Positions 1-11,126 of a DNA stretch of 64,000 nucleotides are shown here, one piece after another. Under the pieces are notes generated by a model. It did no database searches, was not told where the DNA came from, and saw nothing but the letters and a program-made list of their open reading frames with translations. This DNA comes from Cetorhinus maximus (taxonomy: Eukaryota): positions 7,874,001-7,938,000 of the forward strand of contig NC_135908.1 of the NCBI RefSeq assembly GCF_964194155.1, written 5' to 3'. Within the stretch, counting starts at the first letter, position 1; each line of letters begins with the position of its first letter. The translations under genes were made by a program, and so were the position numbers.

Positions 1-565
1 AGCCTTATCTTTTGCACTGGTGTGCTGGGCTCCTCCATCATTGAGGATGGGGATATTTGTGGAGCCTCCTCCTTCAGTGACTTGTTTAATTGTGCATCAC
101 CATTCATGACTGGATGTGGCAGGACTGCAGAGCTTAGATCTGATCTGTTGGTTGTGGAATCGCTTAGCCCTGTCTATCACTTGCTGCTTATGCTGTTTGG
201 CATGCAAGTAAGTAGTCCTGTGTTGTAGCTTCACCAGGTATGCCTGGTGCTGCTGCTGGCCTGCCCTCCTGGACTCTTCATTGAACCAGGGTTGATCCCC
301 TGGCGATAATGGTAGAGTGGAGGATATGCAGGTCCATGAGGTTACAGACTGTGGTTGAGTACAGTTCTGCTGAGGCTGATGGCCCACAGCACCTCATGGA
401 TGCCTTGTCTTGAGTTGCTAGATCTGTTCAAAATCTAACCCATTTAGCATGGCAGTAGTGCCACACAACATGATGGAGGGTATCCTCAATGTGAAGACGG
501 AACTTTGCTTCCATAAGGACTGTGCAGTGGTCACTCCTACCGATACTGTCATGGACAGATGCATC
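1..565 (-). mobile_element. Degenerate LINE (CR1/L2-clade) fragment, endonuclease-to-RT linker
   Basis: - strand peptides SDHCTVL, PWFNEE; strongly similar to 27520-28010. Confidence 0.8.
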
Positions 566-1119
566 TGATATGTTTAATCCGGAGGGTGGGAGTTGGTGGG
601 GTGGCTGGGTGGGGTGCATCATGGGTGGATTTTAGCAAAAGCAGATTCTTTCCTCGCGGTTTCCAATACACACGTTTAACAGTAATCAGATACTGGAATC
701 TGGGCTGTTTTCCCCGCCATCTATATTGTTTGGGACATTGAAGCTAATTATATCATCACTGCCTCAGCTCCAGCTAAGATGAGCTGCCTCAGCACAGTGC
801 ATTATGTTTCATTATCGGAAGAAATAGCATTGGAAACACTCCATTATGTTGTAACAAGATACCAAATCTTCAATGGCTTGATTTATAATGCATGAAGATA
901 TGTATAAAGCACAACGGTTATGAGTCAGAGCTTCAGCTCATCAGTCTTGTTCTCCACCGCCCGCCCCCACATTTCCAATTAATATGAAATATCAGTGTCC
1001 TGAAGAGGAAATTATCCTAAATTTCTCTGTGCAAATCAGGTGATGTGGTTAGACAAAAACAGATGTGTTCTGCCCCCAAATTTGATCACAACTTCCCTAT
1101 GGCTCACCATTTCAAATCA

Positions 1120-2595
1120 CACAATCTCACAGTGCAGAAGAGGCCCTTCGGCCCATCGAGTCTGCACCAACACGCGAGTAACACCTGACCTACCTACCTA
1201 CCTAATCCCATTTACCAGCACTTGGCCCATAGCCTTGAATGTTATGACGTGCCAAGTGCTCATCCAGGTGCTTTTTAAAGGATGTGAGGCAACCCGCCTC
1301 CACCACCCTCCCAGGCAATGCATTCCAGACCGTCACCACCCTCTGGGTAAAAAAGTTTTTCCTCACATCCCCCCTAAACCTCCTGCTCCTCACCTTGAAC
1401 TTGTGTCCCCTCGTGACTGACCCTTCAACTAAGGGGAACAGCTGCTCCCTATCCATCCTGTCCATGCCCCTCATATTCTTGTACACCTTGATCAGGTCGC
1501 CCCTCAGTCTTCTCTGCTCCAACGAAAACAACCCAAGTCTATCCAACCTCTCTTCATAACTTAAATGTTTCATCCCAGGCAACATCCTGGTGAATCTCCT
1601 CCAGTGCAATCACATCCTTCCTATAATGTGGCGACCAGAACTGCACACAGTACTCCAGCTGTGGCCTCACCAAGATTCTATACAACTCCAACATGACCTC
1701 CCTACTTTTGTAATCTATGCCTCGATTGATAAAGGCCAGTGTCCCATATGCCTTTTTCACCACCCCACTAACATGCCCCTCCGCCTTCAGAGATCTATGG
1801 ACACACATGCCAAAGTCCCTTTGTTCCTCAGAACTTCCTAGTGTCATGCCGTTCATTGAATACTTCCTTGTCAAATTACTCCTTCCAAAGTGTATCACCT
1901 CACACTTTTCAGGGTTAAATTCCATCTGCTACTTATCTGCCCATTTGACCATCCCGTCTATATCTTCCTGGAGCCCAAGACATTCAACCTCACTGTTAAC
2001 CACCTGGCCAATCTTTGTGTCATCCGCAAATTTACTAATCCTACCCCCCACATAGTCATCTATGTTGTTTATGTAAATGACAAATAATAGGGGACCCAGC
2101 ACAGATCCCTTTGGTATGCCACTGGACACTGGCTTCCAGTCACTAAAGCATCCTTCTGTCATCACCCTCTGTCTCCTACAGCCAATTTTGAATCCACCTT
2201 ATCAAATTACCCTGTTTCCCATGTGCACTTGCCTTCTTTATAAGTCTCCCATGTGGGACCTTGTCAAAGGCTTTGCTGAAATCCATATAAACTACATCAA
2301 CTGCACTACCCTCATCTACACACCTGGTCACCTCCTCAAAAAATTCAGTCAAATTTGTTAGGCAGACCTCCCTCTGACAAAGCCATGCTGACTATCCCTG
2401 ATCAAACCTTGCCTCTCCAAGTGGAGACAGATTCTCTCCTTCAGAATTTTCTCCAATAGTTTCCCTACCACTGACGTGAGACTCACTGGCCTGTAGCTCC
2501 CTGGTTTATCTCTACAACCCTTCTTAAATAGCGGAACACATTAGCTGTTCTCCAGTCCTCTGGCACCTCCCCTGTGGCCAGAGAGGAATTAAAAA
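1120..2595 (-). mobile_element. 5'-truncated CR1-type LINE with RT C-terminus and 3' tail, frameshifted
   Basis: Peptides GSVLGPLLFVIYIN, KFADDTKI, RPQLEYCVQFWSP, LFSLEQRRLRGDLI, FFTQRVVTVWNALP split across three frames. Confidence 0.93.
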
Positions 2596-3486
2596 TCCCC
2601 CTCAATTACCAGTGGTTTTTCTGTTGCCTGCGTGACCAAGTTTAATATAAGGGATCAATTGAAAGGGATCTCATCAACCTCCTGCGCACCCTACAAATCT
2701 CTTCTCTGACAATTGACTTCAACTCCAGACAGAGGCTGCCTCTCTCGTTTTCATGCTGGTTTCTGCCGTTATTTAATCTCCTTCCACCCTGGAGGGTTCC
2801 TTTTGTCTTCGCTTTGATATACCACACCCCTGAACACCAATCTAGGGTGCTGCATTAGTCCCTTGGCTGGACAATTAAAATGAGACAGGTAAATGGCGAA
2901 TGTTACTTGGCCCCAGTCAAAAGAAGAGTAGGGAGTCTCCCAGGGTCCTGGCCGTCATTGTTCTGAATCAAATTCACCAGCGAGAAATTAACTGATCATT
3001 CATCTGTTGTGGATGGATCTCACTTATTTGTCCAATCAGAAGCAGTAACTACATCAGTTAATTGTGTGCGTGAAGCATTTTGAGAAAACTTTTGTGAAAG
3101 GTGGCAATGGATTTAAATTCATCTAATGCCTTTGCATTTCATCAGATGATCCTTTTATATTATTTGCCAGTTTTCACCTTAACTTTTCGAAAATATTGTT
3201 TGCATTTCATTAAACCCAGTAACTGCCTGTGACGAGAGTCAGCAACCCTAGTTCCACTTTAACATGTTGATGCTCCCCTCCTTCTGTCCAATAAAGGCAC
3301 TCTCCCAAATTTTTCAATGTCCAGTTCTGAAGAAAAGTCTTCACAAAGACATGTTAACCTGTTTTCCTTTTATGTCCAAATGTAATTAAATTAAAACAGT
3401 TACACAAGGATTCAGAGCTACAGAGGGTGCTGTTCCCAGAAGATCCGGAGCTCAAAGTCTGCAGTCGGTCGGGTCAAATTGGGATC

Positions 3487-3537
3487 ATGGGGGGATCGGC
3501 CAGCCACCTCTCTAAGGAGCAACTTTCTGAATATCAG
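3487..3537 (+). CDS. CIB1: CIB1 coding exon 1 (MGGSASHLSKEQLSEYQ)
   Basis: atcATGG start, 51 nt, donor CAG|gtcaga, phase 0. Confidence 0.93.
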
Positions 3538-4741
3538 GTCAGAAAATAAAATTTAACTTGGAAAGAATACTCTTCTTGGAAGAGTTTTTCCCAGTCAGAG
3601 CCTGCCATAAGTTTGAATTGAACTGTAATTCTAAGTATTTAGAAGAATAAATTAAGTCCAAAGTATTTTATCGAAACTCTTTCAATAATTGCTAAGTCGT
3701 TCTGGACGGCAGCCGGGAGCCACTCCAGTCTTGGTTGCAGAATCGGATCAAAGCCTCATAAACCCAAGTATGAGATGAGATGTTGGTTTCCGTTACAACT
3801 GTCTTAGCCAAGGGATTGCTGCTTTGCAGCAACAATATCAGTAAGATCATCAGGTGCAGAAAGTGGCTCCATGGAAGATAAATAGAAATTATCAGGTCGT
3901 CCCAAAGTGCATCTTATCACATTACATCCACTACTTTTTGAAGTGAAGTTCCCGTGTAAATACTGCAACCAGTACAGTTCCTGGGATTAACATCAGTTAA
4001 TCTATTTTTGACTGTTAATTGTGGGGAGCAAAGCAATTTTGGTCAGGTCACTAGAGTTCCCTACTTTTATTTATGATAGTTCTGTAGGACCTTTTACATC
4101 CACCTGAACAAACTGACAATTTAACACGTTGTCTGACAGTCAGTACCTCTTGACAATGCTGCACACAAGGGGTCAGCCTTGGAGTGGTGCTTGACCCTCA
4201 AGGCGAAGAGGTCAACTCAGCCAAACTGATAACTAATTGAAAAGCAAAATATTGTAGATGCTGGAAATCCAAAATAAAAGGGCCAACACAGCCAAAATCA
4301 AATCCTCTTCTCGCCCAGTGTCTAGAGAGGCATCTTCCAGCAGATAATGAGCAGCAATCCTGAAATTTTGAAAATAATCAGGTCGGGCAGCATCCGTGGA
4401 GAGAAACCAAGTTAACCTTTTAGAAATGTTCCGGTGAAAGGTCAATGACATGAAATGTTAACTCTTCTGTCTCCACAAATGCTGCCTGGCCTGCTGAGTA
4501 TTTACAGCATTTTCTGTAACAATTAATTGAATTGTGATCTTAAGCAGTGGGGGTGGGGTGAAGGGGCTGTACACAAGGCATTTCTCTCTCTGTGCAGTGA
4601 AGATCAAGAACATCCATCTTTAGACAGTGGTTGGATCATAAATAGCTTGACTTGCCTGAGTGCACTCAGACTGTAACAATGGTTAAATGTCTGCAGCAGG
4701 GATGTTGATGTGTTTTTTTTTTTCTCTCCTTTTTGTTTTAG

Positions 4742-4776
4742 GAACTGACTTTTTTAACAAAGCAAGACATTCTGCA
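4742..4776 (+). CDS. CIB1: CIB1 exon 2 (ELTFLTKQDIL)
   Basis: Long pyrimidine tract + tag acceptor, 35 nt, donor gtaagt. Confidence 0.95.
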
Positions 4777-5524
4777 GTAAGTAGAGGATTTTAAATTTTG
4801 TTCCTGGAGAATATTGAAAATGTTCATTCATTCATCACAATGGGATTTGACATCTCAGCAACTGCAGGAGCGCTGTGGTACTGGGGTACTCACTAAATAG
4901 ACTTCCTACTGTAGCAATAGCTCTTCCAGAACAGTAATAGCATAGATTCAGTCTTTGAACTATGCTGCTCTCAGTAAAGTTGGTAGCAACGCCACTGCAA
5001 TTGGCTGCTTTGTTCCCCGACAAGGAGGACGACAGATCAGCCAGTTCTTGTTCCTCTTTGCTGTAGTCACTATTGCACACGTGTAACTGTACAGTGAGAG
5101 TAACAGGCTTAGTGTGAGGCTTCCACAGTCAAATAGCCATCAACACTCGCTGTCTAGGCTCACACAAGAATAGCTTGGGTAAGGTATGGGATGAAATTTG
5201 GTACCTGTGGAATTATACCCCAGAAAGTAATTAACACAACAGGCAAAGAGTGATGGATTATAAAATCAGCTACTTGTAACGATGGTGATCACTTCGTGAT
5301 GGGTGTGAATAATTTCCTTCTCTTCAGTAGCAGCTTTTATAACCGAATCAATGCATATTCCAGTGCTTAAGGAATAACTGGCTCTTTGTCTTGCGTTAAA
5401 CATTCACAAGCATTGCATTGTAATCTGCAGTTCTGGTTTTAAAAAAATTGCAGAGCTTGTTTTGTAGCATTCCGAAGAAGAGGTTTAAAATAGTAATGCC
5501 CATTTAACTTTTTTATCCACAAAG

Positions 5525-5624
5525 CGCTTATCAAATATTCACGGAGCTGCTTTCGAAAGAACTGGTTGACTTCCAAAACACACGAGTTTCAAAGGACAGA
5601 GTCTGTGAGATGCCAGAGTTGAAG
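5525..5624 (+). CDS. CIB1: CIB1 exon 3 (AYQIFTELLSKE...EMPELK)
   Basis: aag acceptor, 100 nt, donor AAG|gtatga, phases 2/0 fit neighbouring exons. Confidence 0.92.
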
Positions 5625-5939
5625 GTATGAAAAGATCCCAACGCAGTCTTTAGTTCTCTTTTTGCTCCATTAGTTCACAACACAGAAACCCTTCAGCAAA
5701 GATGCTAACACATCACAGCGGTTTATGTAGTGCTGACATAGAAATGGATTCTGTGTAAGCAAACGAGTTGGCGTTGAAAGTTTCCTGGGCTCAAGAGGAG
5801 GAAATCTCTGGATTGCTGCTTGTTATCTCCTGGAAGATGCCTCTCTAGACACTGGGTGAGAAGAGAATTGAATTTTGGCTATGTTGGCCCTTATGGTAGA
5901 ACAGCCTCTAAATACTCACGGTCTAGGCTCTCCCATAAA

Positions 5940-6430
5940 GAGCATACGAATTAGGAGCAGGCATAGGCCACTCAGCCCCTCAAGCCTGCTCCACTATTCA
6001 ATAAGATCATGGCTGATCTGATTGTAACCTCAACCCCACATTCCCACCTACCCCCGATAACCTTTCACCCCGTTGCTTATCAAGAATCTATCTACTTCTT
6101 AAAAATATTCAAAAGATTCTGCTCCCACCACCTTTTGAGGAAGAGAGTTCCAATGACTTACAACTCTCTTAGAGAAAAAAATTGGTGACCCCTTATTTTT
6201 AAAGTGACCCCCCTAGATCTAGAATCTCCCAAAAATGGAAACATCCTCTCCACATCCACCCTGTCAAGACCCACTCAGGATCTTATATGTTTCAATCAAG
6301 TCGCCTCTTAGTCTTCTAAACTCCAGCGGATACAACCCTAGCCTGTCCAACCTTTCCTCATAAGACAACCCGCCCGTTCCAGGCAATAGTCTTGCAAACC
6401 TTCTCTGAACTGCTTCCAATGTGTTTAGCA
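5940..6430 (-). mobile_element. CR1-type LINE 3' fragment in CIB1 intron 3
   Basis: Similarity to the 3' end of the 1120-2595 element. Confidence 0.75.
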
Positions 6431-6614
6431 AAGAATGGCTGCTGAATGCTCCCCTGATTTAGGACAGAATTGGTCTTGGTTGCGATGTCCTCCAGTCAGA
6501 TGGTCAACCAACACTCTCACAGTTAAGACTTCCACATGAATGATCAGAATGGCACAGATGAGTTACAAAGGCAGTAAACTATTTTTTGTTTTTTTATTTG
6601 TGTTTCGCTTACAG

Positions 6615-6768
6615 GCTAACCCTTTCCGAGAGAGAATCTGTCTGGTGTTCTCAACTGCGGCTGAAAAGGATGGCAGTATCTCCTTCGAGGATCTCTTGGA
6701 TATGCTCAGTGCTTTCAGCGATTCTGCAACTCTTGAGATCAAGTCTCACTACGCTTTCAGAATTTTTG
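6615..6768 (+). CDS. CIB1: CIB1 exon 4 (ANPFRERIC...HYAFRIF)
   Basis: ttacag acceptor, 154 nt, donor gttagt. Confidence 0.96.
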
Positions 6769-7639
6769 GTTAGTCTGATCTTCTAGGGGCTAGTACAACA
6801 GATACTATGGCCTAGGTTTCAATGGAGTGGTACCTGTAATACAGCAGGGTTGCTTATAGCCCACCTCACCTTCACTTGTAGCCTTGGCAGACTAGTTTTT
6901 CCATGTATCTCTGGGCCTCTGTAAAAAGATCTGTCTGTCTGTGGGTTCCTGACCAAGCTGAGGTTCAGTGCTATCCCTTCTGTTCCTCGTAAGAGGAAAT
7001 ATAAGAGAACTCCTATCTTGTATTTTGAGACCAGCTGAATGGCACCTATTAATAGGTTAGGGCTAAGTCGAGTAGCTGAGTTAGTTGTTCTCAACTGGTG
7101 TGGCAGTAGGGGAATAATAATTGGGCACGTTAGGAAGTGGAATATGGTTAGGGTTTCTGCCCCTCGTCCCCGATTGCTATACGATGACTCTTGTTAGTAA
7201 TGTGCATGTTTGGATAAGGATGGTATCTGTGAACTTACTCGCTAACATCCATATAATCTGCTAACACTCATTGTGTAAGCTTAACATGCAGAATTAACCA
7301 CGTGGGAAAGGCACTAGAGGATGCTTGGTATCACAACAAAACCAAAGACTTCAACAACAAGAAAAAGATTGTACTCTTAAAGAATGTGTCACTCCTGTGA
7401 TTTCACTCCCCTATCCTGTGCCTCCAGGGAAACTGACCTCTAAATAGTGGATAAAAATGGGGAGCACAGTACATGAGATACACCATGGGTACAGAACTGA
7501 GCCCATCTATTTCCCGCACAGGACGTTGGAGTGTTTGACAGTTGACTCCACAAGAAAGGATTGTAGCTCTGGTTCGTGAGTAATACTGACTTAATGTAGA
7601 GCACGTTTAAAACATTAATTCCTTTGATACTGCTTACAG

Positions 7640-7758
7640 ATTTTGATGATGATGGCACTTTAGATAAAGAGGATTTGAAGAAATTGGTGAATTGTCTGAC
7701 AGGAGGCACATCTGATACACAACTGTCAGAGGGGGAAATGAACCAGCTGATTCAAAAT
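7640..7758 (+). CDS. CIB1: CIB1 exon 5 (EF-hand DFDDDGTLDKED...QLIQN)
   Basis: ttacag acceptor, 119 nt, donor gtaagg. Confidence 0.96.
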
Positions 7759-10003
7759 GTAAGGAAAACTCTTATTGAAAAACTACACATTTTAATACCA
7801 CTTAGAACCAACAGCATCCTTGATTTAAATTGGAAAGCTAGGTACAAAGCCAGAACACTTAAAGAGTGGGAAGGTAGTGATACGAACTGTGGAACACCTA
7901 CCTTGCTTCCTTCAGTCTTCCTTTCCTCCATCAAGCCTGCAGATGTAGGAGGAAGGAAAGAGTTACTGGTGCTGGGAAATAATTAGTTAGCGGAGGCAAT
8001 AGAATGAGCTCGGTGAGAGTTTAGATAAGAACACCTGAATTGTGTATTTATATCTTGGGAGGAAAGGGAGATATTAAGGTAAATATTAATCCCAATTTGC
8101 TGTGAGCAAGTTGGCTGCTGCATTTCCTATATTAAAAACAGTGCTTCATTCAGCTGTGTGGTGCTTTGCTACATGTTGAGGTCAGGAAAGGTGCTATTTT
8201 AAATAAAGCTCGCTCTATTTATTTAATCTATTATTTAGTCTGGTTCATCATTCTTTATGCATCAATCTCACCTTGATCTTGCAGGCCAGTATCCTGCTTC
8301 TTGGTCTCTGACAATGTCTCTCTGAATGGAGAGCTGGAGCAATGAGACAGACAATAATGTATTTAAATATTTCATGATCTTTTCCAGTGTAACTGCACCT
8401 TTAGTGCAGGATGCTCCAAATATCAAAACACAGTTGGACAAGTTACCTCAAGGAAGTAGTAGCCACAGGTGTAGGCTTATCAGCTTATTCATATTTGCTG
8501 AACATAAATAAACTTGCTGATTTCCCCCCCACCCCCCCTTTGTCTGAATCTTCTCCCCTCCTCTGGCAATGCAGACTCTAGCTGGGGTAAGGGAACACAA
8601 ACCTCCAGGATCTAGCCCAGGTTACCATTCTTTATGTGAGCATAGTCTGCTGACATTCACGATCTAATTAAGTAGAAGCAGCACACCAACCAAGCTAGAT
8701 CCTTGTCCAAACAAACACGTGCATCCTTTCAACAGGAGTCACTGGCAATCAGTGCCGGAAACTGAGTGGTCAGTTTTCTTGTTGGTGTTGAAGCCCCCAC
8801 GGAGTTACTGCTAACCATGATGTTAAACTGGAGACAATTTTCTGTTTTATAATGAACAACAGCTGCACAGGAATAAGCAACTCCCTTTAGACCCCCTGTA
8901 CATTAATTTTCAAATGCAGTTGTTATGGAACCTACAGGAAGTTTGTGGCAGTGAAGTACAGAATTCAACAAAGCATTCACGGTTTCAGTAAGAACATCAG
9001 CTGGGATTTCACACGAGTTACAGTAATTCATTTCAGGGGAGCTCCTGGTGCTTTACTCTGATGCAAAATCATTTCAATTTTGTATACGAACTCATTCTTC
9101 CCAAGGAGTAAATATATTCCAATGGTTGGATTATTGGTTATACTCAAAGCTACACCCCCTCACATGAGAAACCCAAGAGTGAGGCTACAACAAAAGCAAA
9201 ATACTGTAGATGCTGGAAACACTCAGCATATCTGGCAGCATCAGTGGAGAGGAACAGAGTTAATGCCTCAAGTTGATGACCTTTCAGCTGAATGAGTGAG
9301 GCTGCTGTGTCTGGGACACTGGTCTGTTAATTTACAACTAACTGCAACAAAACTAATTAATTCTAAGAGATTTTAATTAGTCAAGGGTACTCGGTACCAC
9401 AAGTAGTCAACCATGATTTTAGCTTCAAACCTAGGGTTTACATTACTGATGTTTAAATTCCATTACATGGAGATTTGGTGTTTTTTAGCTTCTGTATATG
9501 CCATATTGGGATTTTGACCATTTCCACAAGAAAATCACAGCCTTGCCTGCGCTTAGATGTGACTCTGTGTAACATGCCTACTAACCTGGACAGAGGCTGT
9601 GGGAGAGTCAGACCATCTCAGCTTCACGATCAGTGGAGCACTGGTGGCAAGTGTCGAAGAAGATGTTAGAATTAGAAACAAAAGATGGTTTACATTCTGT
9701 ATGTAACTAATCAATATTCTGTGAATCAAATGCTTGACTGTAGTACATTTAAAGTACTAGTTTATTGCTGTTCATTGATCGGAGCATGGTTGTGATGTTT
9801 AGATGCTAATCTGGTCTGTCCCTTTAAAGCCATTAGGCAAATAAACATTCAAGTTAATTGTTGCTGGCTATAGATTTCAAAGTCCAGTATTAAATAACTA
9901 GGTTTCGTTCTCCTTTTTAAGATGGTTTTGTCACTTTAACATCGGAGGGTATCATGGGTGTATGCCTGACCCACTTTTAAAATATACTTACTGTGTCACC
10001 CAG

Positions 10004-10092
10004 ATTTTGGAAGAATCCGACATTGATAAAGATGGGACTGTGAATCTCTCAGAATTTCAGCACGTCATCTCCAGATCGCCTGACTTTGTGAG
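10004..10092 (+). CDS. CIB1: CIB1 exon 6 (ILEESDIDKDGTVNLSEFQHVISRSPDFV)
   Basis: cccag acceptor, 89 nt, donor gtacag. Confidence 0.96.
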
Positions 10093-10776
10093 GTACAGTG
10101 AACAGAATTTAATGGCGCTTCTGCTTTCACTAACACATACTTTTAACTGAAACGGGATTTAATCACATCTGTAACCTGAGCAGGAGCACGAAGGGACACG
10201 AAGCCCGAAACGTGGTTTCTGAGATGCTATTGTGAGTGCTAAATCTAAATTGATCAAGGGACCAGATCTGTGCTCCATTAAACACGACTAGGCCAACAGT
10301 TCAGGAACTGCAATTGGTCTCTGGTGAAAAATGCCTGTGTGTGAATTACCTGCGAGGAGACAAAAAGCTGATTTTAACTCTCTCTACCCAGCATAAACTG
10401 AGCAGTAAGTGTCCTGCTAAACTGGCACCCTGATTCAATCATCTTTCAATTTAGTGAGAACAGGGGTGGGGGAAATAGCCAGAGTTGCCTGCCTGTTTCA
10501 GATGAGATGTCTCTAGTAATAGACGAATCAAGGTCACATGACATACTTGAAACTCCAGTTGCAAATGGTGTGTACACTGCCCATTTTTCATCTGTTTGTA
10601 AGTGTTGTGCAGCCTCTTCAGGGGCTCAAAGACCAGGTAGGGCCAGGAGGAGGAGCGCTCTTCCTATATCCACAAGAAGTTTTGCCAGCCTGCCTCCCCA
10701 CCCACTTTATTGAATGTAAAAATAGTTTCTGATGTTTTTCCTTACAGATTTTGATGAATGTTTGTTTGCCTTTCAG

Positions 10777-10798
10777 CTCCTTTAAGATTGTCCTGTAA
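10777..10798 (+). CDS. CIB1: CIB1 exon 7 coding part (SFKIVL*)
   Basis: tttcag acceptor, 22 nt ending TAA; C-terminus SSFKIVL as in recalled human CIB1. Confidence 0.94.
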
Positions 10799-11120
10799 AA
10801 TAATCGTGCATCATCTGTGATGGGAAAAATCGTTTCGCCTCCCTGGAATTTTTAGCCCTGTGGAAAAGATCAGTGTTCTCCTGATTCCAACAACTGACTG
10901 TCTTTAATATTTTGGAATGGGGCAGGGGTAGATCTTTTGACTAGGAATTTTGAATCTCTATTGCAGCATCAATTTCTAAAGCCACAGTTACAGTATTTAA
11001 AGTAATCAAAGTAATCATGTTTTAATGTTTGATTTACAACAGGGAGGGAGAAAAAAAATCAGTTTTATATTTTTTGACCAGAATGCTTCCACTGACTGAA
11101 ACTCAGCATTTTTATTGTGC

Positions 11121-11126
11121 AATAAA
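11121..11126 (+). terminator. Probable CIB1 polyadenylation signal AATAAA
   Basis: AATAAA about 320 nt after the stop, following an AU-rich 3' UTR. Confidence 0.7.

Larger units (their letters stand above)
3487..10798 (+). other. CIB1: CIB1 gene span (calcium and integrin-binding protein 1), 7 coding exons, 570 nt CDS, 189 aa
   Basis: Spliced product MGGSASHLSKEQLSEYQ-ELTFLTKQDILH-...-ANPFRERIC...-DFDDDGTLDKED...-DIDKDGTVNLSEFQHVISRSPDFVSSFKIVL* closely matches recalled human CIB1; N-myristoylation-type MG start and two canonical EF-hand loops. Confidence 0.96.

Noticed and set aside
2600-3480. GDPGP1 exons head-to-head with CIB1, as in mammals
   Set aside because: No GDPGP1-like coding sequence seen; a non-coding exon cannot be established from sequence alone
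3690-3875. Short - strand ORF with a hydrophobic start (MILLILLLQSS...) in CIB1 intron 1
   Set aside because: About 50 codons, no family resemblance, compatible with chance
5500-5524. CCATTTAAC before CIB1 exon 3 as a U12 branch site
   Set aside because: The intron donor is GTAAGT (U2 type), not GTATCCTT
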